This document shows, one piece after another, positions 54,218-63,892 of a stretch of 64,000 nt of DNA. The notes below the pieces were generated by a model. It saw only the letters and a program-made list of their open reading frames with translations, made no database searches and was not told the DNA's origin. The number at the start of each line of letters is the position of its first letter. Position 1 is the first letter of the stretch. Origin of the DNA: Patescibacteria group bacterium (GTDB lineage: Bacteria; Patescibacteriota; Minisyncoccia; Minisyncoccales; JAHCRE01); assembly GCA_020148055.1 (NCBI GenBank), contig JAHCRF010000001.1, positions 5,378 through 69,377 of the forward strand, given 5' to 3'. Made by a program: the position numbers and the translations under genes.

Positions 54218-54914
54218 AATTTAATTTTTCTAATATTTTTTTAAAATTTTCTGGCAAATCTGATTTAAACTCTTTTTCTTTTCCGTCTGGCAATTTTATT
54301 TTTAGATAATTAGCATGTAAAAATTGGCGATTTAATCCTTTAGGCGTTGGTTGATTTTTAAATCCATAAATTTTATCTCCAGCAATTGGACAGGAAAGAT
54401 AGGCTAGATGACATCTGATTTGGTGGCGCCTTCCAGTTTTCGGAATCACCTCTATTAATGTATATTTTTTAAACCTCTTTAAAACTTTGAATCCTGTAAT
54501 AGCCTTTCTTTTTTCTCTAGCTTTTGGTTCAAAAGGTAGATAGACTCTTTGCTTTTTTCTATTTTTTGGAGATCTCCCAATTAAAGTTTCAATTTTCCCA
54601 AAATCTTCTTTTAAGTTTCCAACTACCAAGGCCAAATATTTTTTGATTACTTTTCTTTCTTTAAATTGTCTTTGTAAAAAATCTAAAGTTTTATTATTTT
54701 TAGCAACCAAAAGAATTCCAGAAGTATCCTTGTCTAATCGATGGACAATTCCGTATCTCGGGGCTTTACCGATTTTTTTTAAATCAGGATAATTTTCTAA
54801 AAGATAATCTATTAAAGTTTTTTCCTTTATTCTTCTTTCAGGAAAAACAATTATTCTAGCTGGCTTATCAATTACTAAAAGGCCTTCATCTTCATAAATA
54901 ACCTTTAATTCCAT
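54207..54914 (-). CDS. RluA-family pseudouridine synthase
   Basis: Catalytic motif [16 protein letters not shown]. 235 aa. Confidence 0.8.
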   Translation of the reverse strand: MELKVIYEDEGLLVIDKPARIIVFPERRIKEKTLIDYLLENYPDLKKIGKAPRYGIVHRLDKDTSGILLVAKNNKTLDFLQRQFKERKVIKKYLALVVGNLKEDFGKIETLIGRSPKNRKKQRVYLPFEPKAREKRKAITGFKVLKRFKKYTLIEVIPKTGRRHQIRCHLAYLSCPIAGDKIYGFKNQPTPKGLNRQFLHANYLKIKLPDGKEKEFKSDLPENFKKILEKLNYGD

Positions 54915-54915
54915 G

Positions 54916-54989
54916 TGGGCGCGACAGGACTTGAACCTGTGAACCTCCTCAATGTCAGTGAGGCGCTCTAACCACTGAGCTACGCGCCC
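54916..54989 (-). tRNA. tRNA-Val (anticodon GAC)
   Basis: Acceptor GGGCGCG/CGCGCCC, anticodon stem CCTCA/TGAGG, loop CUGACAU, T-arm ACAGG-TTCAAGT-CCTGT. Confidence 0.8.
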
Positions 54990-54996
54990 CTAATGA

Positions 54997-55070
54997 TGCG
55001 CGTGGTAGGACTCGAACCTACGAACCCCGACTTTATAAGAGTCGTGCTCTAACCACTGAGCTACACGCGC
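54997..55070 (-). tRNA. tRNA-Ile (anticodon UAU)
   Basis: Acceptor GCGCGTG/CACGCGC, perfect anticodon stem CGACT/AGTCG with loop CUUAUAA, T-arm GTAGG-TTCGAGT-CCTAC. Confidence 0.75.
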
Positions 55071-56944
55071 TTGATTTTTACTTTTAGAGAAGGAATTTTG
55101 AAAATTTTTTTTGATTTTTTAGAGATCTTCTTCTCTTTTAGTAAGTTTTCAAACTCCCTTTTTTCAATTGTTTCTTTCTTGATTAAGGTTTTAGCAATTT
55201 TCTCAAGTAATCTTCTTTTTTGAATCAAAATCTTTTTTGCCTGATTTTCAGCATTTTTAATAAATTTGGTTACCTCTTTATCAATTTGAATTGCCATTTT
55301 CTCAGAATAGTCTCTTCTTTCAGAAATTTCTTTTCCCAAGAAAACTAATTCTTCTTTTTTACCAAAAGAAATTGGTCCCAGAGCTGACATTCCATATTCT
55401 TTGACTAATTTTCTGGCCAATTCGGAAGCCTTTTTTAAGTCATTAGTAGCGCCGGTAGTAATCTCGCCAAACTTTATTTTTTCAGCAACATAACCCCCAA
55501 GTAATGTCGCCATTTCAGCCAAAAATTGAGATTTTGTTTTAATTTTCCTTTCTTCGGTGGGCATCTTTAGGGTGTAACCGGCCGCTAACCCTCGGGCAAC
55601 AATCGAAATTTTTCTAACTTCTTCTGTTCCAGAAAGAAAAGTAGAAACTAAGGCATGACCAGCTTCATGGAAGGCGGCAATTTCCTTTTCTTTTTCAGAT
55701 AAAATGTGGCTTTTTCTTTCCGGACCCAATAAAACTTTCTCAATTGATTCTAATATTTCTTCCTGGTAGATTTGAGCTTTATTTCTTCTAGCAGTCAAAA
55801 TTGCCGCTTCATTAACCAAATTAGCTAAATCAGCTCCTGAAAATCCTGGTGTCCTCTCAGCAATTTCTCTTAGGTTAATATTTGAAGTCAAAGGTTTTCC
55901 CTGACAATGAATTTTTAAAATTTCTACTCGGTCATTAACATCTGGCAAATCTAAAACCACTCTTCGATCAAACCTCCCCGGCCTTAAAAGAGCGGGATCC
56001 AAAATATCAGGGCGATTGGTCGCTGATATTACGATTACATGGGTATCTCTTTCAAATCCATCCATTTCTACTAAAATTTGATTTAGTGTTTGTTCTCTCT
56101 CGTCATGCCCTCCGCCAATACCTGCTCCCCGATGACGACCAATAGCATCAAGTTCATCAATGAAAATTATTGCCGGAGCATTTTTTTTAGCTGTTAAAAA
56201 TAAGTCTCTTACCCTGGCTGATCCCACTCCGACAAACATCTCCACAAATTCCGATCCAGAAATATGATAAAAAGGAACATTAGCCTCACCGGCCACCGCT
56301 CTCGCTAATAAAGTTTTTCCGGTTCCCGGTGCTCCCATTACTAAAACTCCTCTAGGAATTCTCGCCCCTATCTGTAGATATTTTTTTGGATTTTTTAGAA
56401 AATCAACAATCTCCTTTAACTCTTCTTTTGCTTCTTTTAGGCCGGCCACATCCTTGAAAGTAATTTTCTCTTTTGGATGACCTTCGGCTCCAAAAAGTCT
56501 TGCTTTAGCTTTGGTGAAATTGAATACTTGGGTTGCTCCGGTTCTGGCCTGGCGAAAAATAAGCCAAAAAAAGAAGATTAAGAATATAAAAGGAAGGAAA
56601 TATAAAATTGGGCCCAACCAGCTTAAAATTTCTCGTTTTTCTTCTGCTGTTATTTCTATTTTTTGCAGTTTTTCTTGACTCAATCCATAGTTTATTAAAG
56701 ATTCAGAAAGGGCAATCTCTGGCTCTTTTCTTGATTTAGCTTTTGTTCCATCTTGGTAAATTATTTCCAGTTCATTATTGGAAACAGTAATTCTTTTGAT
56801 CTTTTCCTGTTCGATCTCCTTAACCAATTGAGTTAAAGAGAGCACCTTTTCTCTCTCCACTGGTTGAAAAAATAAGGCAAAAATAGCTGAAATAGCTAAG
56901 AAAATGAGGAGAATAAAGAGGAAATTTTTGAATAGAAATTTCAT
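55061..56944 (-). CDS. ftsH: ATP-dependent zinc metalloprotease FtsH
   Basis: Two N-terminal TM helices; AAA+ Walker A GAPGTGKT and an SRH region; zinc motif HEAGHAL. 627 aa. The 3' end overlaps tRNA-Ile by about 10 nt. Confidence 0.9.
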   Translation of the reverse strand: MKFLFKNFLFILLIFLAISAIFALFFQPVEREKVLSLTQLVKEIEQEKIKRITVSNNELEIIYQDGTKAKSRKEPEIALSESLINYGLSQEKLQKIEITAEEKREILSWLGPILYFLPFIFLIFFFWLIFRQARTGATQVFNFTKAKARLFGAEGHPKEKITFKDVAGLKEAKEELKEIVDFLKNPKKYLQIGARIPRGVLVMGAPGTGKTLLARAVAGEANVPFYHISGSEFVEMFVGVGSARVRDLFLTAKKNAPAIIFIDELDAIGRHRGAGIGGGHDEREQTLNQILVEMDGFERDTHVIVISATNRPDILDPALLRPGRFDRRVVLDLPDVNDRVEILKIHCQGKPLTSNINLREIAERTPGFSGADLANLVNEAAILTARRNKAQIYQEEILESIEKVLLGPERKSHILSEKEKEIAAFHEAGHALVSTFLSGTEEVRKISIVARGLAAGYTLKMPTEERKIKTKSQFLAEMATLLGGYVAEKIKFGEITTGATNDLKKASELARKLVKEYGMSALGPISFGKKEELVFLGKEISERRDYSEKMAIQIDKEVTKFIKNAENQAKKILIQKRRLLEKIAKTLIKKETIEKREFENLLKEKKISKKSKKIFKIPSLKVKIKRV

Positions 56945-57014
56945 ATAATTGATGATAACAAAAAAATTTAAAAAGTCAATTAAAAAACGACCTTGAGAAC
57001 TTTGTCGTTTTTTT

Positions 57015-58076
57015 TTATTTGTTATTTTTTAATCTTAAAGTTAGACGATGTTCAATTGGTTCGATTGACAAAATTTCAAAATTATATTTTTTCCCGATCT
57101 CCAAAATATCTTCCATCTTTTTTTGAGAACCAAACTCAGAAATATGGCATAACCCCTGAATTCTTTTATTAATTTTAATGAAAGCACCAAAGGGGTTAAA
57201 TTTACTAACTTCTCCCGAAATTATCTCTCCTTTTTTGTGTTTTTTTTCAAAGTTTTCCCAGGGATCTTTTTTTAATGCTTTTAAAGATAAGGAAACCCTC
57301 TCATCAGAAATTTTGATAATTTTTGCTTTCACTTTTTCCCCAACTTTAACTACTTCTGATGGATCTTCAATTAGTTGCCAGTCAAGCTCGGAAATATGAA
57401 TTAACCCCTCTAAATTTTCCTTACCAAATTTCAAAAAAACTCCAAAATCCAAAATAGCAGTAATTTCTCCTTCAACCACATCTCCTATTTGATAATTTTC
57501 TAAAATTTTCTTTATTTTTTTAGCCTCTTTTGCTTTTTCGGATAAAATAAGTTTTCCTTCTTTTTGAGAAAGATCAAAAATTTTTACTTCTAATTCCTTA
57601 CCAACAAATTTTTTGAGTTCTTTTAAAATTTTTATCTGGTCTCCTCCTTCTACCCGGGGATAATGCTCAGAAGATAATTGAGAAACTGGCAGAAAGGCCG
57701 GAATTCCAGAAACTTCAGCTAATAGCCCTCCTTTATTTGCTTCCAAAATTTTTACCTTCAAAATCTCATCTTTTTCTTTTTTTTGCGCCAATTGCTGCCA
57801 GGCTAACTCTTTTCCGGCTTGGCTTATTGATAATTCGATATAACCTTCTTCGTTTTCCAGATCTATTATTTTAGCAAAAAGATTATCTCCGATTTTCAAT
57901 TCTTTTAGAATCTCTTTTCCTTCAAAGAATTCTTTCCCATAGATTATTCCAGTTCCAGAAAATCCCAAATCTAAATAGACAGCCGATCTTCCTATGCCAA
58001 TAATTTTTCCCTCAACAATTTCACCTATTTTTAGAGGTTTTAATAAATTATTTGGAATCTCAAAATTTTTTCTCAT
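57015..58076 (-). CDS. S1 RNA-binding domain protein (short ribosomal protein S1-like, four S1 repeats)
   Basis: Four repeats of the S1 fold pattern (G.V.G.V..I..FGAF...). 353 aa. Confidence 0.7.
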   Translation of the reverse strand: MRKNFEIPNNLLKPLKIGEIVEGKIIGIGRSAVYLDLGFSGTGIIYGKEFFEGKEILKELKIGDNLFAKIIDLENEEGYIELSISQAGKELAWQQLAQKKEKDEILKVKILEANKGGLLAEVSGIPAFLPVSQLSSEHYPRVEGGDQIKILKELKKFVGKELEVKIFDLSQKEGKLILSEKAKEAKKIKKILENYQIGDVVEGEITAILDFGVFLKFGKENLEGLIHISELDWQLIEDPSEVVKVGEKVKAKIIKISDERVSLSLKALKKDPWENFEKKHKKGEIISGEVSKFNPFGAFIKINKRIQGLCHISEFGSQKKMEDILEIGKKYNFEILSIEPIEHRLTLRLKNNK

Positions 58077-58113
58077 ACCATATAATTTACCATAAATTTT
58101 TTATTTTTACAAA

Positions 58114-58173
58114 CCCCGTTAGAGAACCGGATAGCACGATTTTTTAGATTATCCAGCGATTTCTCTAACGGGG
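58114..58173. promoter_or_regulatory. long imperfect palindrome in the divergent S1 / MBL-hydrolase control region
   Basis: 13-bp perfect arms CCCCGTTAGAGAA ... TTCTCTAACGGGG (114-126 and 161-173), with inner arms CCGGATA/TATCCAG. No T-run follows. Confidence 0.35.
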
Positions 58174-58237
58174 CAAGAGTTGAATTAAAAAGGATTTCTT
58201 GATAAGATAAGATATTATTATAAATTTTTTTTCAATT

Positions 58238-58900
58238 TTGGCAAACATGCAGATTACTTGGTATGGTCAATCTTTTTTTCGAATTTTGACTCAGAAAGGA
58301 AAAAATAATCAAGTTAACCTTGTTATCGATCCCTTTAACGAGACTATTGGATTACGGCCTCCAAAACTCGAGGCTGATATTTTGTTAATCACTCATCAGC
58401 ATTCAGATCATAACAATCTTCTGGCAGTTTCAGGAAACCCTTTTGTTATTTCAGGTCCCGGCGAATATGAAATAAAAGGAGTCTTTATTCAGGGGATTCC
58501 ATCTTTCCATGATAATGTTAGAGGAAAAGAACGAGGTCTAAATACTATTTATACTATAGAGACCGAAGAAATTCGACTTTGTCATTTAGGAGATTTGGGC
58601 CAAAAAGAATTAGATTCTGAACAACTTGAAAAAATAGGCGATATCGATATTTTAATGATTCCCATAGGTGGAGTTTATACAATTTCAGCAAAAGAAGCTT
58701 CAAAAGTAATTTCCCAATCAGAACCCAAGATTGTTATTCCAATGCATTATCAGATTCCAAAGTTGAAAATCAAATTAGAGGGACTAAATAAATTTTTAAA
58801 GATGATGGGAATAAAGACACCTGAAATCTTAAAGAAGTTTTTGATTAAAAAGAAAGATCTGGCAGCTGAGGGGATGAAAATTATTATTTTAAAACCCTAA
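58238..58900 (+). CDS. MBL-fold metallo-hydrolase
   Basis: HxHxDH motif (ITHQHSDHNN). 220 aa. Confidence 0.7.
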   Translation: MANMQITWYGQSFFRILTQKGKNNQVNLVIDPFNETIGLRPPKLEADILLITHQHSDHNNLLAVSGNPFVISGPGEYEIKGVFIQGIPSFHDNVRGKERGLNTIYTIETEEIRLCHLGDLGQKELDSEQLEKIGDIDILMIPIGGVYTISAKEASKVISQSEPKIVIPMHYQIPKLKIKLEGLNKFLKMMGIKTPEILKKFLIKKKDLAAEGMKIIILKP

Positions 58901-58971
58901 ACCGAGCACGTAGAAGAATTATACGCTTCGGTCAAATGATTTTTTTTGGAACATCCTAAAAGAAAACAAAA

Positions 58972-61449
58972 ATGGTCAATAAATCACCAAAATTAAAAAA
59001 TGAAATAGGCTATATTAAACCGCGTGAGATTACTGAGGAGATGAAGGAAAGTTATATTGACTATGCTATGTCAGTTATTATCTCTCGGGCTCTACCTGAT
59101 GTCAGAGATGGGATGAAGCCGGTCCATCGTCGGATTTTGTATTCAATGTATGAGATGGGTTTAAGACATGATGCAAAATTTAGGAAGTCAGCAGCTACTG
59201 TCGGTCAGGTAATTGCTGCTTATCATCCTCATGGAGACATTCCAGTTTACGATGCTTTGACTAGAATGGCTCAAGATTTTTCATTAAGATATCCTTTAAT
59301 TAATGGTCAAGGAAATTTTGGTTCAATCGATGGTGACCCTAGTGCTGCCATGAGATACACTGAAGCCAAACTTTCAGAAGTTGGTGAGGAAATGCTAAGA
59401 GATATTGGAAAAGATACGGTTGATTTTGTTGATAATTATGATGGAACCAGAAAAGAACCAGTGGTCTTGCCTTCACCTTTACCCCAACTTCTTTTAAATG
59501 GTTCTCTCGGGATTGCCGTAGGTATGGCAACCAATATTCCTCCTCATAATCTTTCTGAGGTTGCAGATGCCGCAATCTATTTACTCTCGCACTCAAAAGC
59601 TGATACCGAGGATCTCTTTGAATTTGTCAAAGGGCCTGATTTTCCAACCGGTGGGGAAATTTATGGTCAAAAAGAAATAATTACTGCCTATTCCCAAGGG
59701 AAGGGCCCGATTGTTACTCGAGGAAAGACAGAAATTATTCGTGGAGAAGGAGGTAAAACTAAAATTGTAATTACTGAAATTCCCTTTCAGGTTCAAAAAT
59801 CAAATTTAGTTAAGCAATTTGCTAAGTTGGTCCAAGAAAAAAGAGTCAAAGGGATAAAGGATATCAGAGATGAATCTGATAAGGAAGGTCTAAGAATTGT
59901 TATTGACCTTTCTCGAGAGGCCTATCCTCGGAAAATCTTAAACCAACTTTATAAATTCACCGATCTACAGAAAACCTTTCACTTAAATATGTTAGCCCTA
60001 GTTGATGGAATTCAGCCGAGGGTTTTAAGTTTGGCTGATCTTTTAAATTATTATCTTTCTCATCGGAAAAAAGTAATTTTTAGGAGAACCAAATATGATT
60101 TAGAAAGAGCTAAAGAAAGAGCTCATATTTTAAAAGGATTAAATAAGTGTTTAGGAAAGATTGATCAGGTCATTAAAACGATAAAAGCTTCTAAAGATCG
60201 GAAAGAAGCTGAGAAAAATTTAATAAAAAGATTTAAAGTAACCAAGATTCAGGCCTCGGCCATTTTAGAGACGAAGTTATCTGCTTTGGCAAAATTAGAG
60301 AGAAAGAGAATTGAGGAAGAACTTAAAGAAAATTTGACCAAAATTAAAGAATTCAAAAAAATTCTTAAAAGTCCCAAAAAGATAAAGGAAATTATTGAAA
60401 GAGAGTTAAAAGGACTCAAAGAAAAGTTTGCTGGCAAGAGAAAAACAAAGGTGATTTCTAAAAAAATTGAAGAAATAGCCTTGGAAGATTTAATTCCCCA
60501 GGAGGAAACAATCATCACCTTAACTCAGGGTGGTTATATTAAAAGGATAAATCCCAAAAGTTATAAAATTCAGAAAAGAGGAGGTAAAGGAATTTTAGGA
60601 ATGAAGACTTTACAGGAAGATATTGTTGAGCATTTCCTTTTAGCTAAAACTCATGATTCTTTACTTTTCTTTACCGATTCGGGAAAGGTTTTTAAAATCT
60701 TAGTTTATGAAATTCCTGAGGCAACGAGAGTAGCCAGGGGTCGAGGTCTTTTGAATTTTCTGGAAATTTCTTCTCGGGAGAAGGTTTTAACTCTTTTACC
60801 TTTAAGTAAAAAAGATTTAGAGTTGGGGATAAAATATTTAGTAATGATTACTCGAAATGGTATAATTAAAAAAACAGAGATTTCTGAATTTGAGAATGTT
60901 CGGAGATCGGGATTAATTGCCATTTCGCTTAAAAAGGGTGATCTTTTAAAAAAGGTTCAAAAGAGTACGGGGGATGATGGAGTGATTTTGGTAACTAAAA
61001 AAGGCCAATCTATTCGATTTAAAGAAAAAGAGATTAGAGGGATGGGAAGACCGGCTTCTGGAGTAAAAGGAATTAAATTAGGAAAAGAAGATAGGGTAGT
61101 AGGAATGGACATAATAAGGTCAAAGGTCAAAGGTCAAAGGTCAAAGGTCAAAGAACATCTTTTGGTGGTTACGGGAAATGGCTATGGGAAAAGGACGGAT
61201 TTGCGAGAATACCGATTGCAGGGGAGAGGAGGCTTTGGGATTAAAACAGCTAAAATTACTTCAAAGACCGGCGATTTAGTTTTTTCAAAATTATTAACCA
61301 CCGAAGAAGATTTAATTGTAATTTCTCAAAGAGGCAAAGTAATTAGGATTAAAATTGCCTTAATTCCAAAATTCTCACGGATTACCCAAGGAGTGAAAAT
61401 TATGAAATTAGAAGAAGGAGATTGGGTCGCTTCCGCAACCTGTATCTAA
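58972..61449 (+). CDS. gyrA: DNA gyrase subunit A
   Basis: N-terminal GyrA signature (AAMRYTEAKL), active-site region and a C-terminal beta-pinwheel domain. 825 aa. Confidence 0.95.
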   Translation: MVNKSPKLKNEIGYIKPREITEEMKESYIDYAMSVIISRALPDVRDGMKPVHRRILYSMYEMGLRHDAKFRKSAATVGQVIAAYHPHGDIPVYDALTRMAQDFSLRYPLINGQGNFGSIDGDPSAAMRYTEAKLSEVGEEMLRDIGKDTVDFVDNYDGTRKEPVVLPSPLPQLLLNGSLGIAVGMATNIPPHNLSEVADAAIYLLSHSKADTEDLFEFVKGPDFPTGGEIYGQKEIITAYSQGKGPIVTRGKTEIIRGEGGKTKIVITEIPFQVQKSNLVKQFAKLVQEKRVKGIKDIRDESDKEGLRIVIDLSREAYPRKILNQLYKFTDLQKTFHLNMLALVDGIQPRVLSLADLLNYYLSHRKKVIFRRTKYDLERAKERAHILKGLNKCLGKIDQVIKTIKASKDRKEAEKNLIKRFKVTKIQASAILETKLSALAKLERKRIEEELKENLTKIKEFKKILKSPKKIKEIIERELKGLKEKFAGKRKTKVISKKIEEIALEDLIPQEETIITLTQGGYIKRINPKSYKIQKRGGKGILGMKTLQEDIVEHFLLAKTHDSLLFFTDSGKVFKILVYEIPEATRVARGRGLLNFLEISSREKVLTLLPLSKKDLELGIKYLVMITRNGIIKKTEISEFENVRRSGLIAISLKKGDLLKKVQKSTGDDGVILVTKKGQSIRFKEKEIRGMGRPASGVKGIKLGKEDRVVGMDIIRSKVKGQRSKVKEHLLVVTGNGYGKRTDLREYRLQGRGGFGIKTAKITSKTGDLVFSKLLTTEEDLIVISQRGKVIRIKIALIPKFSRITQGVKIMKLEEGDWVASATCI
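61116..61150 (+). repeat. heptanucleotide tandem repeat (AAGGTCA)x5 inside the gyrA coding sequence
   Basis: Five perfect 7-nt units encoding RSKVKGQRSKVK. Confidence 0.8.
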
Positions 61450-61472
61450 ACTGTTTGAACTTACACTTTAAA

Positions 61473-61997
61473 CATATGGAATTTTTAAATCCACAAGAAG
61501 TTTTAAATCAATTGGAATTAGAGGGTGATATGATTGCTGCTGATTTTGGTTCAGGTTCTGGCGGCTGGGCAATACCTTTGGCAAAAAGATTGAAATTTGG
61601 AAGAGTCTATGCTATTGATATTTTAGAGGAGCCTCTTTCAGCTCTTAAAAGTAAGGGAGAGATTGAAAGAGTTTTCAATATTGAGACTGTACGTTCTAAT
61701 GTGGAAGCAAAACAGGGTTCAAAGCTTGCCGATTCTTTTTGCGATTTAGTTCTAATAACCAATCTCTTGTTTGAAGCAAAGGATAAAAAGATAATTATGG
61801 ATGAAGCAAAAAGAGCTTTAAAAAAGAAAGGAAAAATTTTAGTTGTTGATTGGTTTCCCGAAGCTCCTCTTGGTCCAAAAGAAGGCAGAGTTTCAGCTGC
61901 CGACGTTAAAAAAATAGCTCAAGATTTAAATTTAAAATTAGAAAAAGAATTTAAAGCCGGAGCTTACCATTATGGCTTAATATTTATAAAGCCATAA
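61473..61997 (+). CDS. class I SAM-dependent methyltransferase
   Basis: Motif I IAADFGSGSGGW. Start set at ATG 61473 (MEFLNPQE) to avoid overlap with gyrA. Confidence 0.6.
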   Translation, partial: HMEFLNPQEVLNQLELEGDMIAADFGSGSGGWAIPLAKRLKFGRVYAIDILEEPLSALKSKGEIERVFNIETVRSNVEAKQGSKLADSFCDLVLITNLLFEAKDKKIIMDEAKRALKKKGKILVVDWFPEAPLGPKEGRVSAADVKKIAQDLNLKLEKEFKAGAYHYGLIFIKP

Positions 61998-62002
61998 TGA
62001 GA

Positions 62003-62122
62003 GAAAGGGGTCGGGAAAACTGAGTGCAGGGGCCCGCAAAGCGGGAGGGTGGTGGGTGGGTTGGAGTCCCGTGGCGGAAATATTAAAACCGATGGGTTTT
62101 AAGGAGCGGAGCGACCATTAGT
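62003..62122 (+). repeat. GC-rich ~120-nt intergenic element, copy B (with G-rich insert)
   Basis: Shares both flanking blocks with the reverse complement of 45301-45416. The internal insert contains GGGAGGGTGGTGGGTGGGTTGG (62043-62064). It ends in AAAACCGATGGGTTTTAAGGAGCGG. Confidence 0.55.
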
Positions 62123-62174
62123 GTTTAGTCTTTACTAAATTATAGTCTTTGCTAAAATTAACTAATATTTGTTT

Positions 62175-62510
62175 ATGAAGCCTTATCTAATTAAAAAAAT
62201 AATTTTTCCAATACTTTTATTCTCTTTTTTGATACCTTTTTTGGCTGAGGGAATAGTAATTCCCAACCCTCTTGATGCTACTACATTTGAAGAGTTGATT
62301 GAAAAACTTATTGATCTCATTTTTTGGGTTGCTGTAGCCATTACTCCCCTTATGATTATTGTTGCCGGTTTTTATTTTGTAACAGCAGCTGGTGATCCAG
62401 AAAAAATTAGGAAAGCTAAAAATATAATTTTATGGACAATAGTCGGACTTGCTATAGTTTTACTTGCCAAAGGAATAATTTCTATGATAAGACAAATAAT
62501 AGGAGGATAA
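62175..62510 (+). CDS. small secreted VirB2/TrbC-like pilin-family protein (signal peptide + two TM hairpin)
   Basis: Signal peptide, then LIDLIFWVAVAITPLMIIVAGFYFVTAAGDPEKIRKAKNIILWTIVGLAIVLLA. The G-DPEK loop between two helices is shared with the 20570-21718 and 62581-63621 proteins. Confidence 0.45.
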   Translation: MKPYLIKKIIFPILLFSFLIPFLAEGIVIPNPLDATTFEELIEKLIDLIFWVAVAITPLMIIVAGFYFVTAAGDPEKIRKAKNIILWTIVGLAIVLLAKGIISMIRQIIGG

Positions 62511-62580
62511 AATTAAAAAGTGAAACCTAAGATTTAAAAATACAAAGGTCGAGGAAATAATAAACAATAAACAATAAACA

Positions 62581-63036
62581 ATGAATAATATGAGAAAAAT
62601 TATTTCAGTTCTAATCTTAGCTGCTTTGCTTTTACCCCTAGTTGCTTTAGCTCAGATAGAGGTAAAGGAGTGCTGTACTCTTCATAAAACAATTACAGTT
62701 GAGGGAGACACCTGTGCCGAAGGTGATGTAGCAGCTCCTGATGCAGCAGCAGCTGCAGATTGTGCAGGAGCCTACTGTGCAGCTTCAGCAGATGCTTGGG
62801 GAATGTTTTGTCTTTTAAATAGCATTTACCGAGTTACTGACTGGGTCTCTTACATCTTATTTGCTTTTGTTGGAGTGATGATAATTATTGGAGCCTTTAC
62901 AATTGTTACAGCTGGTGGATCGCCCGACAAGGTGTCTTCTGGAAGAAATTACATTGTGTATGCGATCATTGGTTTAGTAGTTGCCTTTTTTGCCAGGGCT
63001 ATTCCTGCTCTTGTCAAGGCAGTGATAGGAATGTAA
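62581..63036 (+). CDS. Cys-rich secreted VirB2/TrbC-like pilin-family protein, paralogue 1
   Basis: Signal peptide ending ALAQ; six-Cys ectodomain; conserved LLNSIYRVTDWVSY; two TM helices separated by TAGGSPDKVSSGRN. Confidence 0.5.
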   Translation: MNNMRKIISVLILAALLLPLVALAQIEVKECCTLHKTITVEGDTCAEGDVAAPDAAAAADCAGAYCAASADAWGMFCLLNSIYRVTDWVSYILFAFVGVMIIIGAFTIVTAGGSPDKVSSGRNYIVYAIIGLVVAFFARAIPALVKAVIGM

Positions 63037-63656
63037 AGAGAGAAAAATTTGGTAAATTTTAACTTCTTGTTCGGAGAGAATAAGAGATTTTGATTGAATT
63101 CGAAATGCAGAGAGTTGAGCAAAATAACTTCCGGCTTTAGAGTCTGCGGTCCAAGAAACAATATGAGCAAAATTATTTTAGTTTTAGCTTTGGTAAGTTT
63201 ATTGAGCCTCTTGCTTTTACCAATGGTAGCCTTGGCTCAGATAGAAATAAAGGAGTGCTGTACTCTTCATAAAACAATTACAGTTGATACGGTTACCTGT
63301 AACGAAGATACTGTGGCAGCTCCTGATGCAGCAGCAGCTGCAGATTGTGCAGGAGCCTACTGTGCAGCTTCAGCAGATGTTTGGGGAATGTTTTGTATTT
63401 TGAATACTATTTACCGAGTTACTGACTGGGTCTCTTACATCTTATTTGCTTTTGTTGGAGTGATGATAATTATTGGAGCCTTTACAATTGTTACAGCTGG
63501 TGGATCGCCCGACAAGGTGTCTTCTGGAAGAAATTACATTGTGTATGCGATCATTGGTTTAGTAGTTGCCTTTTTTGCCAGGGCTATTCCTGCTCTTGTC
63601 AAGGCAGTGATAGGAATGTAAAGAGAGAAAAATTTGGTAAATTTTAACTTTCTATT
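62641..63656 (+). repeat. tandem direct duplication (two ~430-nt copies at a period of about 590 bp) spanning the two Cys-rich pilin-like genes
   Basis: 62722-63068 and 63310-63656 are almost base-for-base identical, including the shared 3' flank TAAAGAGAGAAAAATTTGGTAAATTTTAACTT. The 5' portions are diverged. Confidence 0.7.
63163..63621 (+). CDS. Cys-rich secreted VirB2/TrbC-like pilin-family protein, paralogue 2 (tandem duplicate)
   Basis: C-terminal about 100 aa and the 3' UTR are nearly identical at DNA level to 62581-63068. The N-terminal ectodomain segment differs (DTVTCNEDTVA versus EGDTCAEGDVA). Start placed at ATG 63163 (MSKIILV). Confidence 0.5.
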   Translation: MSKIILVLALVSLLSLLLLPMVALAQIEIKECCTLHKTITVDTVTCNEDTVAAPDAAAAADCAGAYCAASADVWGMFCILNTIYRVTDWVSYILFAFVGVMIIIGAFTIVTAGGSPDKVSSGRNYIVYAIIGLVVAFFARAIPALVKAVIGM

Positions 63657-63776
63657 TAGAAAGAATGAATGTTTTGATTTAATCAATCCCGCCAAGGGGT
63701 TGATTTTTTAATATTAAAAAGATAAGGTAAAATAGATGGATGTAGCTGAATTGGAATAGGCATCCTCTACCAAATT

Positions 63777-63858
63777 GCCGAGGTGGTGAAACTGGAAAAC
63801 ACGTAGGATTTAGGATCCTATGGCGAAAGCTTTGTGGGTTCAAATCCCACCCTCGGCA
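63777..63858 (+). tRNA. tRNA-Leu (anticodon UAG), type II
   Basis: Acceptor GCCGAGG/CCTCGGC, anticodon stem TAGGA/TCCTA, loop UUUAGGA, long variable arm, T-arm GTGGG-TTCAAAT-CCCAC. Confidence 0.8.
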
Positions 63859-63860
63859 CA

Positions 63861-63892
63861 GCAAAAGTCGCCAAAAAGGCGACTTTTAGTTA
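63861..63892 (+). terminator. rho-independent terminator after tRNA-Leu
   Basis: AAAAGTCGCC-AAAAA-GGCGACTTTT followed by AGTT. Confidence 0.5.

Noticed and set aside
61116-61150. CRISPR-like reading of the AAGGTCA and ATTCAAA tandem repeats
   Set aside because: The units are 7 nt with no spacers and lie within or abutting coding sequence. They are simple tandem repeats, not CRISPR arrays. No CRISPR array is visible anywhere in the window.
63679-63864. 61-aa minus-strand ORF
   Set aside because: Overlaps tRNA-Leu(UAG) on the opposite strand, so it is spurious.
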